Notes: a model not told the origin generated them from the letters alone. 64,000 nucleotides of DNA from Anthoceros angustus (GCA_010909165.1 MU008158.1:2691478-2755477), one strand, 5' to 3'. Shown: positions 13,470 through 25,171, counted from the stretch's first letter. Translations and numbers: made by a program.

Positions 13470-16400
13470 GTGTTTGGGTCGGAAGAGGAGGAGAACTTGA
13501 AGAAGAGGCGATGGCGAGATGACCTCGGGATATTATCACAATGCGTGATGGTTCTAGCGGTCTTGAGGCTGTTGGATCGCGAGGAGGGTGCGAGAGAGGC
13601 CTTCACGATTAGAAATGTGAAGAAAGGGGAAGAGGAGAGGCCTGCAGATGGCAAACACATTCCGGGAAAAGGGCGGCTGATAGCGAAAGCCAAGAAACCT
13701 GTGGCAAGACGGAGAAGCCTCGGAATTGTGGAGGAGGAGGAGGAAGAGGATCCACCGCCAAGGTTTGTGGAGAGAGCTAAGGACGGCAGCATGTCGCCAT
13801 CGATGATAGGCTCAGCCGCCATAAAAGCGTATGCAAGTCGGGACGTCGAAAGGGACGGTATTGCTATCAAGAGAGTCTGGGAGTCTACCTTGAAGTTGCC
13901 AATCAAGTCTGAGACCCCAGAAGATCTTTGTGAGGCTAAGGTGAGGAAGTGGATCTCGCGTGGGTAGAGGCTTTGATGCGAAGATGAAACACGCCCATGG
14001 GTAGGTGGTGTCAATGGTTGTGGTTGTCGACCCTCGTGTCCTCACAAAGAGAACTTTGACGCGTTGAGAAGGTGGACGAGGGCTTTACAATTTCTTCGTC
14101 TTGGGAGGGAACCATTCCTTCCGTGCAAGGTCCGCTTTCGATCTACCCAATGAAGGAAGAGTTCAAGTGGATGGATGCATATGTGCTAGCTGGACTCGAG
14201 GGGCGAGATGAGGATCGTAGCCACAGACCACAACACCATCGCAGATGAAGACATTCACCTTCATGGAGTGCGTTACATCGAGTGAGTTGATGTGCGGGAG
14301 GCGAAGGGCTTGAAGTGCGATGTAGGGAAGGCTGGATGTATATGCCCGCCTAGGCGGGATCCCCAAGTGGGATGCGCAGCATGGCCCCAAGGTTCGATAT
14401 CACCGGTGGACAACAGGACACTTGATTCTGCGTGGCGAAGGTTGATGAAGAAGTGTGGAGGTATGTGGGCGAGATATTTGAGAAGTGGGAATGTGGCGAT
14501 TGCACGAACAAATAGATGCGGCCCGAGCCCTAGCGCCAAACAAACAAAGGCCGAGGAAGACAAGGCCATGCTGTAGAGACCTTGTAGTCATAGAGGTTAA
14601 AGATGCGGATGTGCGGTGAGAGTGTGGAAGTGCTTTCAAGGGATTGAACATTATGGCAACAACAATTTGAAGACAAGATGCATGAAGGTCTTGTCTGGGA
14701 AATGAGTTTACGGCAAATGCGAGATTGGGTGGAGAAAGCCAAAAAGCGAACCTCATTCACGCGTCACACTTGCGAAGAACGAATTGCGAGCGTTTGAGCG
14801 GGTTAGGAGCGGTATCCTCAATCTGACCGTGGACGGATCGGCAACTTCCAACCGGCTTTCAAAAATATGGTAAGTGTGAACCCGAGCAAGTATGGAATGT
14901 CCACACCGGACGGCCGGTGCTTGTGATATGTTTGATTTCTAAGTATGCTGGTGGGCATCCGATTTGTTTTCGGGCGCCGAGCTTGCCCATGTACACTCCC
15001 ATATGCCCATGAACACTCATGGTTGATGGTTTTGCCTTGGTGCGTGAGCCAATGCTTGCCTAACGTGGAGTGCACTCCGAGAGTTTCAAGGAACATGTGT
15101 TGAAGGCCAAAGCATGGAAGATTATGGCGGATGAGCGGCGATTCTTTGGAGACCTCCATCCGATAAGTTGAAGACGATCAGAGATGCTTCCGGGAGATCC
15201 TGCAAGATAGGAATAATTTGTGGTAACATCGTGAGAATGGCTCAGTTTGTGGAACCCCGTCCGTTTGCCCTGTTCCTATTGGACTTGCCACGAGGGTTGC
15301 ATCTGGATGCTAACTCCAAGGAGTATGACACGCGATTCAGCCGCGATGAGTTTGAAAATATCATATTGCAATTCCAGGGCATCACGACATCGAGGTATTT
15401 GCGTCGTGGTATTTCATTCCCGGATGACATGTCCATGGTACGGAGGTTTTGCTTGCGCTTGTAAAGGAGTGTCACTTGCTTCCGCACAAAACTAATGTGA
15501 AAGCGGTTGCAATGTATGTGATCACGGGATTATATCACCACAGGGGCTGGATCGTTGAAGCAAGATTGTGTGCCACAGCATTTCTCCCTCAGTGCAGCTT
15601 CAACTGTTATGAATGATGGCACAGGGTTGACAACCTTGCTTTGAGGAGAAGGTTGTGGAACCCCGTCCGTTTGCCCTGTTCCTATTGGACTTGCCACGAG
15701 GGTTGCATCGGATGCCAACTCAAGGAGTATGACACGATTCACGCGATGAGTTTGAAAATATCATATTGCAATTCCAGGCATCACGACATCGAGGTATTTC
15801 GTCGTGGTATTTCATTCCCCAGATGACATGTCCATGGTACAGGAGGTTTTGCTTGCAGCTTGTAAAGGGAGTGTCACTTCGTGCTTCTGGCACAAAACTA
15901 ATGTGAAAGCGGTTGCAACAGACAAGCTGTATGATGCGAGGATTATATCACCACAGGGGCTGGATCGTTGAAGCAGGATTGTGTGCCACAGCATTTCTCA
16001 CTCACTGCAGCTTCAACTGTTATGAATGATGGCACAGGGTTGACAACCTGCTTTGAGGAGAAGGCTGTGGAACATAAGCTGTGTTATAACACAGCAGATG
16101 ATAGGGTAGTTTCCCCATACCAGAAGCCTATCAGGTTGTTGAGGAAGTTGATGGAGCTGTACACAGTGGAAGGCGAGTGGGTCCTGGATGGGTGTGCAGG
16201 CTCTGGATCAGGTATGGTAGCCGCTCTCAAGTGCGGACGCAACGTGATATCGTGAGACGTAGATCCCAGAGCAGCTCAATTCATGGACCTCCGTCTCAAT
16301 ACTTTAGAGAACTGGCCAAGCGAGGAGGAAGAGTTGGGAGAGGTTGAAGGCTACGCGGGGCCTAAGACGTTCACCAAAGAACCGATGATGAACAATGTGG
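13470..16400 (+). pseudogene. ParB/Srx-like domain plus beta-class N4/N6 DNA methyltransferase, paralogue B (frameshifted as assembled)
   Basis: An acidic/basic ORF (13470-13967) is followed by FFVLGGNHSFRAR (GGNH 14104-14115) and AYVLAGLE..EMRIVATDHNTIAD.KTFTFMECV. Then come FALFLLDLPRG (15282-15296, duplicated at 15688-15702), SCFWHKTN and SPYQKPIRLLRKLMELYTVEGEWVLDGCAGSGSGMVAALKCGRNVIS (16112-16252). A TGA at 16253-16255 is followed by in-frame DVDPRAAQFMDLRL. Confidence 0.8.
15248..16073. repeat. Internal tandem duplication of about 406 bp in the MTase B domain
   Basis: tgtggaaccccgtccgtttgccctgttcctattggacttgccacgaggg occurs at 15248 and 15654. The 8-bp microhomology tgtggaac recurs at 16066-16073 at the end of unit 2. 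Confidence 0.9.
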
Positions 16401-18442
16401 CAAGGGAGAGGCTTTTGGATCTCAAGCGCCACGCAATCGGAAGCATTCTACACCCGAGGTGTGAGATCCTTCCATGTCTTGTCTTTGTGGGCGGTGTGGC
16501 GGCGATTCGATTGACAAAGGTAATAGGGAGCACAGGGCTATGTGGCGAGTTTGGGCACAGGAACATAGTGCTCTGACTCTCGGGCGGCGATGGACAAGGT
16601 CACCTTCCCTTGGACACGACCACTAAGGACTATGATCCATTGGTTCACTCCCCTACCATGGATAGGCTGCACAGCCCGGAAAAACCTGGGGCATATGAAC
16701 CTAATGTTTGTGAATCTCAGTGACTGCTGGGTGGGGCGATTGGTAATGCCCGCAAATCTGTTCGGTGTTCGACTCCAGCATCGTTGGTGACGTATGGAGA
16801 GGTGTCCGCTTACCTGGTGAGCACAAACACCGGACAACCGGTGTTGAGGCTGGATCAGAGCTGTCTTTGTCCGGTTGTGTCCTGGTGATGACCGTCAACC
16901 CGAGTGCATGTTCTCGTGTGCTTGTTTTCAAGCTGGTATGAAAGCATACGCTTTTGCACTTTGTTCTTTCTCGCATTGGATGTTGAGGCATGAAATTATC
17001 ATAGCGGGCCCATGATCAGCCTTGCAATAAGAACCACGCCCTTCGCCATAACGTAAAATAGCCAGCGCATTGTCAAACTCCTCCCACATTCCGCGTATTG
17101 TCATCATGGCGTTTACAAACTACCAGCAGCACTGGCTGCTACCTGATGGCTATACGCACTGAAGCATTGAGCATGTCCGATGACATAACCATCAGTCTGT
17201 ATTCGCGGATATGTCATACCGGCAGCTCGCCTGTCACGCATGCAGAACATTGTAGCCGATGAGGTTAGGCCAATGGGCATGGATTATGTCGGTTAGCAGG
17301 TGAGGTTCAGAAATGACGTTCAACACATCCAAACGTTGGTGCCTCAGGGGGACTTTCGAGAGCACGCTGGAGAATGCAAGCCGCACGGCCTCCGTACTTT
17401 CATGTCATGTTTCGCAACATAGATATGACTGCCACTATCCAGGGCAACCCAACACTTGACTTGCGCTGGAGTCGAAGTTCACCGATGAAGCCGCGTTCAC
17501 CGGATATCCACGGTCATAGAATTACAGTGATGCGGCATCCACCATTTTTTGTTTACCGTTCATACATGCAACCCTTCAAACCGTTTATGTCGTCATTTTG
17601 AAATTCATGATGTCCATATGACTACATGGCTTGTTACATATGGTTTCCATCTTCGAATGTAACCATTTTGTGGTGGGTAATTAGAGGATTGTGTTACCTT
17701 AAAAAAACCATACAGTAAAACCTCAAAAACATGGTTTCATTCTTCACTTGGACTTTCACACTTAAGGTTTTGGCCAAAGTTTTGAAAACGTGACAAAGCA
17801 CGGTTTTCCATCGACAAACCCCAAATTTCACACCCTCAAAAGTGACAACAAGGTCTTAGGAGACCTTGTTAGACCTATCTATGGCCGAAGGATGCGTGCG
17901 CAGCGTATGACTTGCATAATCACGATTTTCAACACCGGTTCAAAATAACAAGGAGAAAATCGGAAGGGCGTGGTATGCTAAGATGTAAGGAGTTTTCAAG
18001 TTCGATCCTTTGGTCAGGGGAGGTGGTGTGCACTATTACGTTCGGTGCCACCACGGGTGATTGTGGCGACTCCATTGTTGCCGTTGGTCCCATCACATGC
18101 CCAAGGTAAAGGAAAGGGACATGCAAAGCGGAAGGATGCCCCGATGTCCGTGTCAATGACGATAGTCTCCAAAGCGATGGCGCTAGTGGCGGGTGTAGTG
18201 GCGGAGTCCATGAAGTAAAAGCGGGCCTAGAGCACCGGCGACATATGAATGTGGAGCAACTATCATGGTGGGATCGTTACGGGATGAGCAGTGTAATGGC
18301 AGAGACTAGCGGTGGCATTCCATTCCGTTGGAGCAGAATGGTCTTGGTACACTCGCGATGAAAGCGAGGTACCACTGTAGACCCTCCGGACTCAACTTTG
18401 GTTGATCCCGCAATGGCCGACGGATTTTTGGACATGGTCGGA

Positions 18443-21110
18443 GGTGTACGAGGCACATGTCAGTGCGGAGGGAGGGCAAGGCGAGGCTCGGTCGGAGGTT
18501 GTGTGAAGGAGATTGAGGAGGGAATGATGGTTGTTGTCCAAGCCGGGATGATCGAGGACCATTACGGCTCGCAAAAGTGGTGGAGGTGGACCATGATCTT
18601 TGGGGTCCCTTTCATGATAGTTCATTGGTGGCGGACGAGAACAATGATGCATTCGAGGAAGGTACATGGAGGAGTTTGTGATCTGGCGCCCACGGTCGAG
18701 GGAAAAAGTGCGGCGATCAAAGAATGGAGGCGGGCGTCGGGAGAAGCATTTGCAAAGCCTCAACTTCCGAGACAAATGTGCTGGCCTATGATTTCACAAT
18801 GACAAGGAACAAGGCGTTGCGAGGGCGACAATGAAGGCGATAAAGACCAAAGTCTTTGAGTTGCGTCGAGCCGGTGATGAGCCGAGACCACTTGACACGA
18901 ATGCTCGTGGAAAGATTCTTGACACCTCGACATCATGGATGGAAGTCCCGGTGTGGTAATGTCCGAGCATGATGACGGACTAAGAAAACGAGGATCGAGC
19001 AATATTGTCAACTAATTTTGTAACAATGTTATGTGTCCTTGGATGGTTTTCGTTTCGTAATGGCATCTGTCATCTATGTTAGAAATGTAGTGTGGCGAGC
19101 ATGATAGCGGGATGGTCACGATCGCGGGATGTCCTAAATATGTATCGTGGCGTGCGCCGAGTCTTTTCACTTGGGTTCGTATGTTCGCATTCAGTGGCAA
19201 GGACTCGGCGGAGATATCACAACAAGCGATGTCGGGATGTTGGGAGGCGGTGTGGAAGCGGCTAGGCGGGACGCCCCTAATGACTATGGGGTGGAGCAGG
19301 GAGGGAGTCGATCTCGGTGTGGATTCGAGAGCAGGATGCAGGCGTAAAGCGGTGTACACAGGGCACATCGAAGTGCGGAGGGAGGGCAAGGCGAGGCTCG
19401 GTCGAGGTTGTGTGAAGGAGATTGAGGAGGGAATGATGGTTGTTGTCCAAGCCGGGATGATCGAGGACCATTACGGCTCGCAAAAGTGGTGGAGGTGGAC
19501 CATGATCTTTGGGGTCCCTTTCATGATAGTTCATTGGTGGCGGCGGAGAACAATGATGCATTCGAGGAAGGTACATGGAGGAGTTTGTGATCTGGCGCCC
19601 ACGGTCGAGGGAAAAAGTGCGGCGATCAAAGAATGGAGGCGGGCGTCGGGAGAAGCATTTGCAAAGCCTCAACTTCCGAGACAAATGTGCTGGCCTATGA
19701 TTTCACAATGACAAGGAACAAGGCGTTGCGAGGGCGACAATGAAGGCGATAAAGACCAAAGTCTTTGAGTTGCGTCGAGCCGGTGATGAGCCGAGACCAC
19801 TTGACACGAATGCTCGTGGAAAGATTCTTGACACCTCGACATCATGGATGGAAGTCCCGGTGTGGTAATGTCCGAGCATGATGACGGACTAAGAAAACGA
19901 GGATCGAGCAATATTGTCAACTAATTTTGTAACAATGTTATGTGTCCTTGGATGGTTTTCGTTTCGTAATGGCATCTGTCATCTATGTTAGAAATGTAGT
20001 GTGGCGAGCATGATAGCGGGATGGTCACGATCGCGGGATGTCCTAAATATGTATCGTGGCGTGCGCCGAGTCTTTTCACTTGGGTTCGTATGTTCGCATT
20101 CAGTGGCAAGGACTCGGCGGGAGATATCACAACAAGCGATGTCGGGATGTTGGGAGGCGGTGTGGAAGCGGCTAGGCGGGACGCCCCTAATGACTATGGG
20201 GTGGAGCAGGGAGGGGAGTCGATCTCGGTGTGGATTCGAGAGCAGGATGCAGGCGTAAAGCGGTGTACACGGGCACATCGGGCGTGAGGAGGGCAAGGCG
20301 GCAGCCGAGGTGGTTGTGTGAAGGAGATTGAGGAGGGAATGATGGTTGTCCAAGCCGGGATGATCCAGAGGGCGCACCATTCGCTCGCAAAAGTGGTGGA
20401 GGTGGACCATGGTCCCTTTCATGATAGTTCATTGGTGATGAGAACAATGATGCATTCGAGGAAGGTACATGGAGGAGTTTGGATACAAGCGCCCACCGTC
20501 GTGGGAAAAAGTGCGATCAAAGAATGGAGGCAGAGGGCGCCGTGGAGAAGCATTTGCAAAGCCTCAACTTCCCAGACAAATGTGCTGGCCTATGATTTTG
20601 TGACAAGGAACAAGACATTGCAGAGGAGACAATGAAGTGATAAAGACCAAAGTCTTTGAGTTGCGTTGAGCGCTGAGTGCGAGCTTCCCACAGAATGACA
20701 CGGATTGTTTTCATCTTTTCGTGAAAGACACCATCGGCATCATTTCGCTAGGTTGACGTGATAATGTCCAGAGTATGCAACGGCGATTATAAGAAAACCG
20801 GATCCCAGAATGGTGCTCTAATTTTGTAACAATGTTCGTGGTTTTGTCCTTGAGAGTAGCAGCGAGGTTTCAATGGTGACCATGCTGGTCATCTATGTTC
20901 GAGCTTGTAGTGTGGAAGTGTCCAGGATGGCCGCCACGTGGATGTCCAAAGGTATGTATGCCGCAGCAAGTGCGCCAATGTCTTTTTTCACTTGCCGCAT
21001 GTTCCGACCCGCAAGGACTTGCGGAGATATCAACCAACAACCGACAGGATGTTGGGAGGCGGAAGGCGGAAATGGAGCGTGGACCGCCTAATGACTATGG
21101 GGTGGAACGA
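18443..21110. repeat. Tandem array, three copies of about 910 bp
   Basis: ggagggcaaggcg starts at 18471, 19381 and 20288. Copies 1 and 2 are near-identical and give identical ORFs (18760-19011 and 19669-19920). Copy 3 is more diverged. Confidence 0.9.
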
Positions 21111-22949
21111 CGGTCCTCAGCGTGGCCACAGCAAACGGACCAAAGGAAACGGTGAGTACCAAGACGGGCTCAAAAAGCAGCGTCTTCCTCCTCGACTTCC
21201 ACCGCCCGTTGTCTTCCACCTCCTTTGTGGTTTGTGCACGCCTCCTCCTCAGCGAGCCGTCCTCACGCCATGCTCCTCCACCTCCTTCCGACCTCGTTAT
21301 GCAGGTTTTGCCTGTTTTGTCGCCCCTCCTCCTTCGTCCCATCCATCCAACCTTGCCTTGAACTAACCTTTGTTTGCAGCCCTTCCGGATGAGGACTCGC
21401 AGAGGTGGCTCTGAGTCACCACCTCGTATCTGAGGGAGGATGTGGAGGCAAAGCGTGAGGCGGAGAAGGATGGAAGTTGCCCATCCGGGACTTGTGTGGA
21501 GGCCATTTGGGTCTCCATTTGTCTGTGGCGTGGGCGGGGAAAAACGTATGGATGTGGCCATCTCCTTCCATCGGAGGTGGCGGTGGCATCGTAGATTTTC
21601 CGGATCTTTGCGAGAGGTAGGAAAAAGCCAAGGGGCTGGAAGAGGACTATAGGATAGCGAAGGAGGGGTTCACGGAGGCGAAAGCGAAGGGTGCAGCAAC
21701 TCCAGTCGCGGAGGAAGGAGGGGTGAAGGAAGGAGGCACTGTCCGGTTGACAATTGTTTGGGCTTCCGCCCGTGAGTCCATCTGGACTTCTGGAAGGTTC
21801 TTTGGAGGCGTCGCCTTGGGAGGCGGGGAGGTGGAAGTGAAGGAGGAGGCGGTAAGCACTTACCTCTGCCTTTTCGCTTGAGAGTTGAGCATGGTTGTCA
21901 TTGCATGCACTAAAGGGCTGTTCATTGTGGCGAGCAGTGATGGGGACACCCTTGGCAAAGCGGAGGAGCCTTGTTGGAGATAGGAGGCGTGAAGTGGGTT
22001 ACCTAGGTTTTTGCAAGCGATCATAGACTAGAAGCGGGGCGGGAGGAAGGGAAGGAGGAAGGAGGGGTTGGATGCTTTAGCTTTCTCGTGGCTTCAGCTG
22101 GGTCGAGGAGTTGGGGCGGCAATCACATGATTTTGTATGTCAAGTTTTAGCGTCGATGTGCAAGCCATGATGCTGTGAAGTGTGAAGCGGAAGCAGGGGT
22201 TTGAGTTTGGGGGGATTCGGGAATGTTTTGTTAGTCGGACGGTGGCTATGAGCCAACGGTCAATGTCACATGGCATGGACTAGAGGCGGTTATATGAACT
22301 ACACCATATGTTTTCCAATACTTTATTAGCGAGAAATGTATTCATCAGCATATACTTTGTACCTTGGGGATGTATATTTGAATAATATTATTCCATGTAT
22401 TTTACATGGATAACCCTAAGGCCCTAAGCAGTGAGCCGCTAGTGATGCATTACATCCAATTGTGTAACATGACGGTCTACACTTTTCCATATGCGGTTTA
22501 AAAGGTAGCTTTGGTCGTAATGTATCCCAAAAAGTGACAGATTGAAATAAAGCCTAAATAAATGTTCTAGTCTTGCGCCATAAATTTATAAGGATCTCTA
22601 CTTTTTCTCCCCGAATACCTCTTTTGTTTAACCATGAGACATCGAGGTGTGGAAATATTGCCAATAAATTTCAAGTTTTGATGAAGTGGAATGGGTTTGG
22701 GTGTACTGTGCGTGGTATTTTTGGCAGCCGTTTCCCACAAACCCTCAAAATCAACATTTCAAGTTTACTTAAGCGCAAATTTCGATGACAAATTTGGCCC
22801 GTCTCCTGAAAGTGGAGTGTGTCACTAGCCCTAAGGAGACCTTGTTTTACTAGATATCAAGTCTAAATCATCTCATGCAGCCTCAATACATGTCAGAGAA
22901 GTTCAATCTTCAACTTTAACCCATCTATGACATTGTCGATTAGGTCACA

Positions 22950-23480
22950 TCATTTTCAAGAAACAGTCAATTCTATCCAAGGGAGTGTTTTGGTGAACCT
23001 CTAGATTTTACCTCTGGTAGTTTTAATGCCTTCTGTGAAGCTTGCCAGTTGAGCAAAGCTTCTTCCTTACCATACAAGGACAAGTTTCCCACAAAAGCAG
23101 AAGAGATCCTTCTCACTGTGCATAGTGATATTTGTGGACCAATGTTTACAACTTCCTTCGGTGTATCTGATTACTTCTTTACCTTTGTTGATGAGTGGAG
23201 CGTATATTCTACAGTCTTTGCTTTTGATTAACAAAAAATTGAGACTTTTGGTTAGTTCCAACAATATGAGGCCTATGCACAACGACAAACTGAAGCAAAG
23301 GTTCGTATTCTTCACACCCATAATGGAGGTGAATATACTAGCAAGGCATTCGCATCATTTTGTGCATTTGAAGGCATCCAGCATCAGTTTATTATTTCAT
23401 ACACACCTGCACAGAATTCTTTTTCTAAACTTAGAACATAACATTATAAGGAGCTACTTTAGCTTCTTTTATTTTTACTG
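22950..23480 (+). mobile_element. Ty1/copia integrase core remnant
   Basis: CEACQLSK...VHSDICGPM...YFFTFVDEWS...LHTHNGGEYTSKAFASFCAFEGIQHQ...YTPAQN, with in-frame stops. Confidence 0.9.
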
Positions 23481-23523
23481 GATTAATGCATGGTTATTGG
23501 GCTGAGACCCTCAAGGTAGCAAA

Positions 23524-23850
23524 TTATGTACAGAACCACCTTCCGACGAAGGAGCTAGGGAATGTTATCCCATGTGAGCGTTGGATAGACAACCACGAGT
23601 GAACCATCTTTGAATCTTTGGGGCTCCAACATATGCATAATGGCACACTAAACAACGTGTGGGTAAAAATGAGTTTTTCCAATAACTCCTTTTTGCACAC
23701 GGATTTCAGCGAACCCCAAATTGGATGGAATCTTTGGGGCTCCAACATATGCATAATGGCACATTAAACAACGTGTGGGTAAAAATGAGTTTTTCTTATG
23801 ACCCCTTTTTGCACATGGACTTCAGCGAACCCCAAATTGCACGTCAATCT
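23524..23850 (-). mobile_element. Probable copia post-integrase (SH3-like) fragment, internally duplicated (period about 116 bp)
   Basis: WGSLKSVCKKELLEKL...VPLCICWSPK loosely resembles the FGCxAYVH.PK..RxKL..K...CxFxGY segment. gaatctttggggctccaacatatgcataatggcac is present twice. Confidence 0.45.
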
Positions 23851-25171
23851 AGTCTAGTTCACCACTTTTACTCATCAAGTGGGAGTTTGCTGTGTAGCTT
23901 CAAGGTCTCACTACGTCTTCTCTCACTTTCACAGCTTCGACAGCTTCTTCCTCGAGGGATGCCACATATAGACAATGAGGGGTCAGTTACCTTTCATTAG
24001 AACATTGTAAGTTTAAGGAGACACATACTCATAGCTTTAAGTTACCTAGATTCCCGAGGCAGCGCTTTGTCATGTGGGGCTCTATATAATCTGCTAAGCT
24101 TCAAGGTTGTGCCTAGCAGCTCCTTGCTCACGTATGCCATTGCCCTTCACTCGCTCGTCCGCCATAGCCAGAGTTGAATGAAGCTCTCATAAACTCATTT
24201 GTCACTCCACCTCCAGTTATGCTTCCACAAGTCACTCCACCTCTAGTTGTGCTTCCAGAAGTCAATACACCTGTAGTCGTACTTCTGGGGCCTAAAGCTC
24301 CCTTACCTCCAGTTGCTCTTCCACAATAGTTTATGTGACGGGGCCATAAATAGAATCTCCACCGCACGTGTCTGTGTCAATACTCATTACCAAAAGAAAG
24401 AATAAGGGACATGTCACAACATGTGATGGATACCAAGTGGAAGAATAGAAGTGATCAAGTGCCCATGTAGTGCTGTTGATTGTAAGTAAGAGTAAGTCCT
24501 GTTGCTCTATCATGCAAAAAAAAAGTGCCCTACTCCTCTTGCGACTGCTCTCCCGGGCTTCAAATTTTCCACCAGAGTGGGCTACCACATAGATATAGGT
24601 CTGGCCACTAGTCCAACTCTTATTACTTACTTTGTACTTCTATCTCTTGCCTTCTTAATTGCCTTCCCCTAAGTTGAATCAGTTCGATAATAGGGCAAAA
24701 AATTATTCCTACTCGTTAGTATTAACACCAATATATGATGCCCGCGAAACGATTGGCCACAATCAACTCTCTATGGGAGCACACGAACACTGTAGGCGCC
24801 ACATTTTACAACGCGGTACACCGGACGCTAATCCCGTTACCAAGGCTCCCCCCACGTCCCAACGGGGCGAGCCCGGACACGTAAGTAGGTCCATAGAGCA
24901 AAGTGAAACCGGTCAGTAGATAGAGAAATGTAGATGCTCCAGCGTGCGTTTGCTCGTCGGTCGGACACAAAAGTATAGAAGTATACTTTTCCAGGCCCTA
25001 TCCTTCAGTCAATAGGTAGACAAAATTAACATTGTCGATGACACATATTCCAAAAAGGCCAACTACGAAGGGAGGCCACAGACAACCGGGATTTAGGTGA
25101 AATCCAACATCCCACATGAACACAAAACGTGTCACCACAGCCATCAAAGCGCAGTACCCTGCTTTAGTCCG

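Noticed and set aside
13376-14014. 212-aa minus-strand ORF
   Set aside because: It is antisense to the acidic region of paralogue B. Its Ser/Leu-rich composition is what the reverse complement of GAG/AAG-rich coding DNA produces.
10123-16400. Bacterial contamination or a restriction-modification operon explaining the methyltransferases
   Set aside because: The genes have eukaryotic features (probable GT-AG intron, low-complexity acidic N-termini), there is no restriction endonuclease or operon structure, and they sit among plant-type repeats contiguous with intron-containing plant genes.
22408-22428. Interstitial telomere repeat (taaccctaaggccctaag)
   Set aside because: Only two imperfect units, so not an array.
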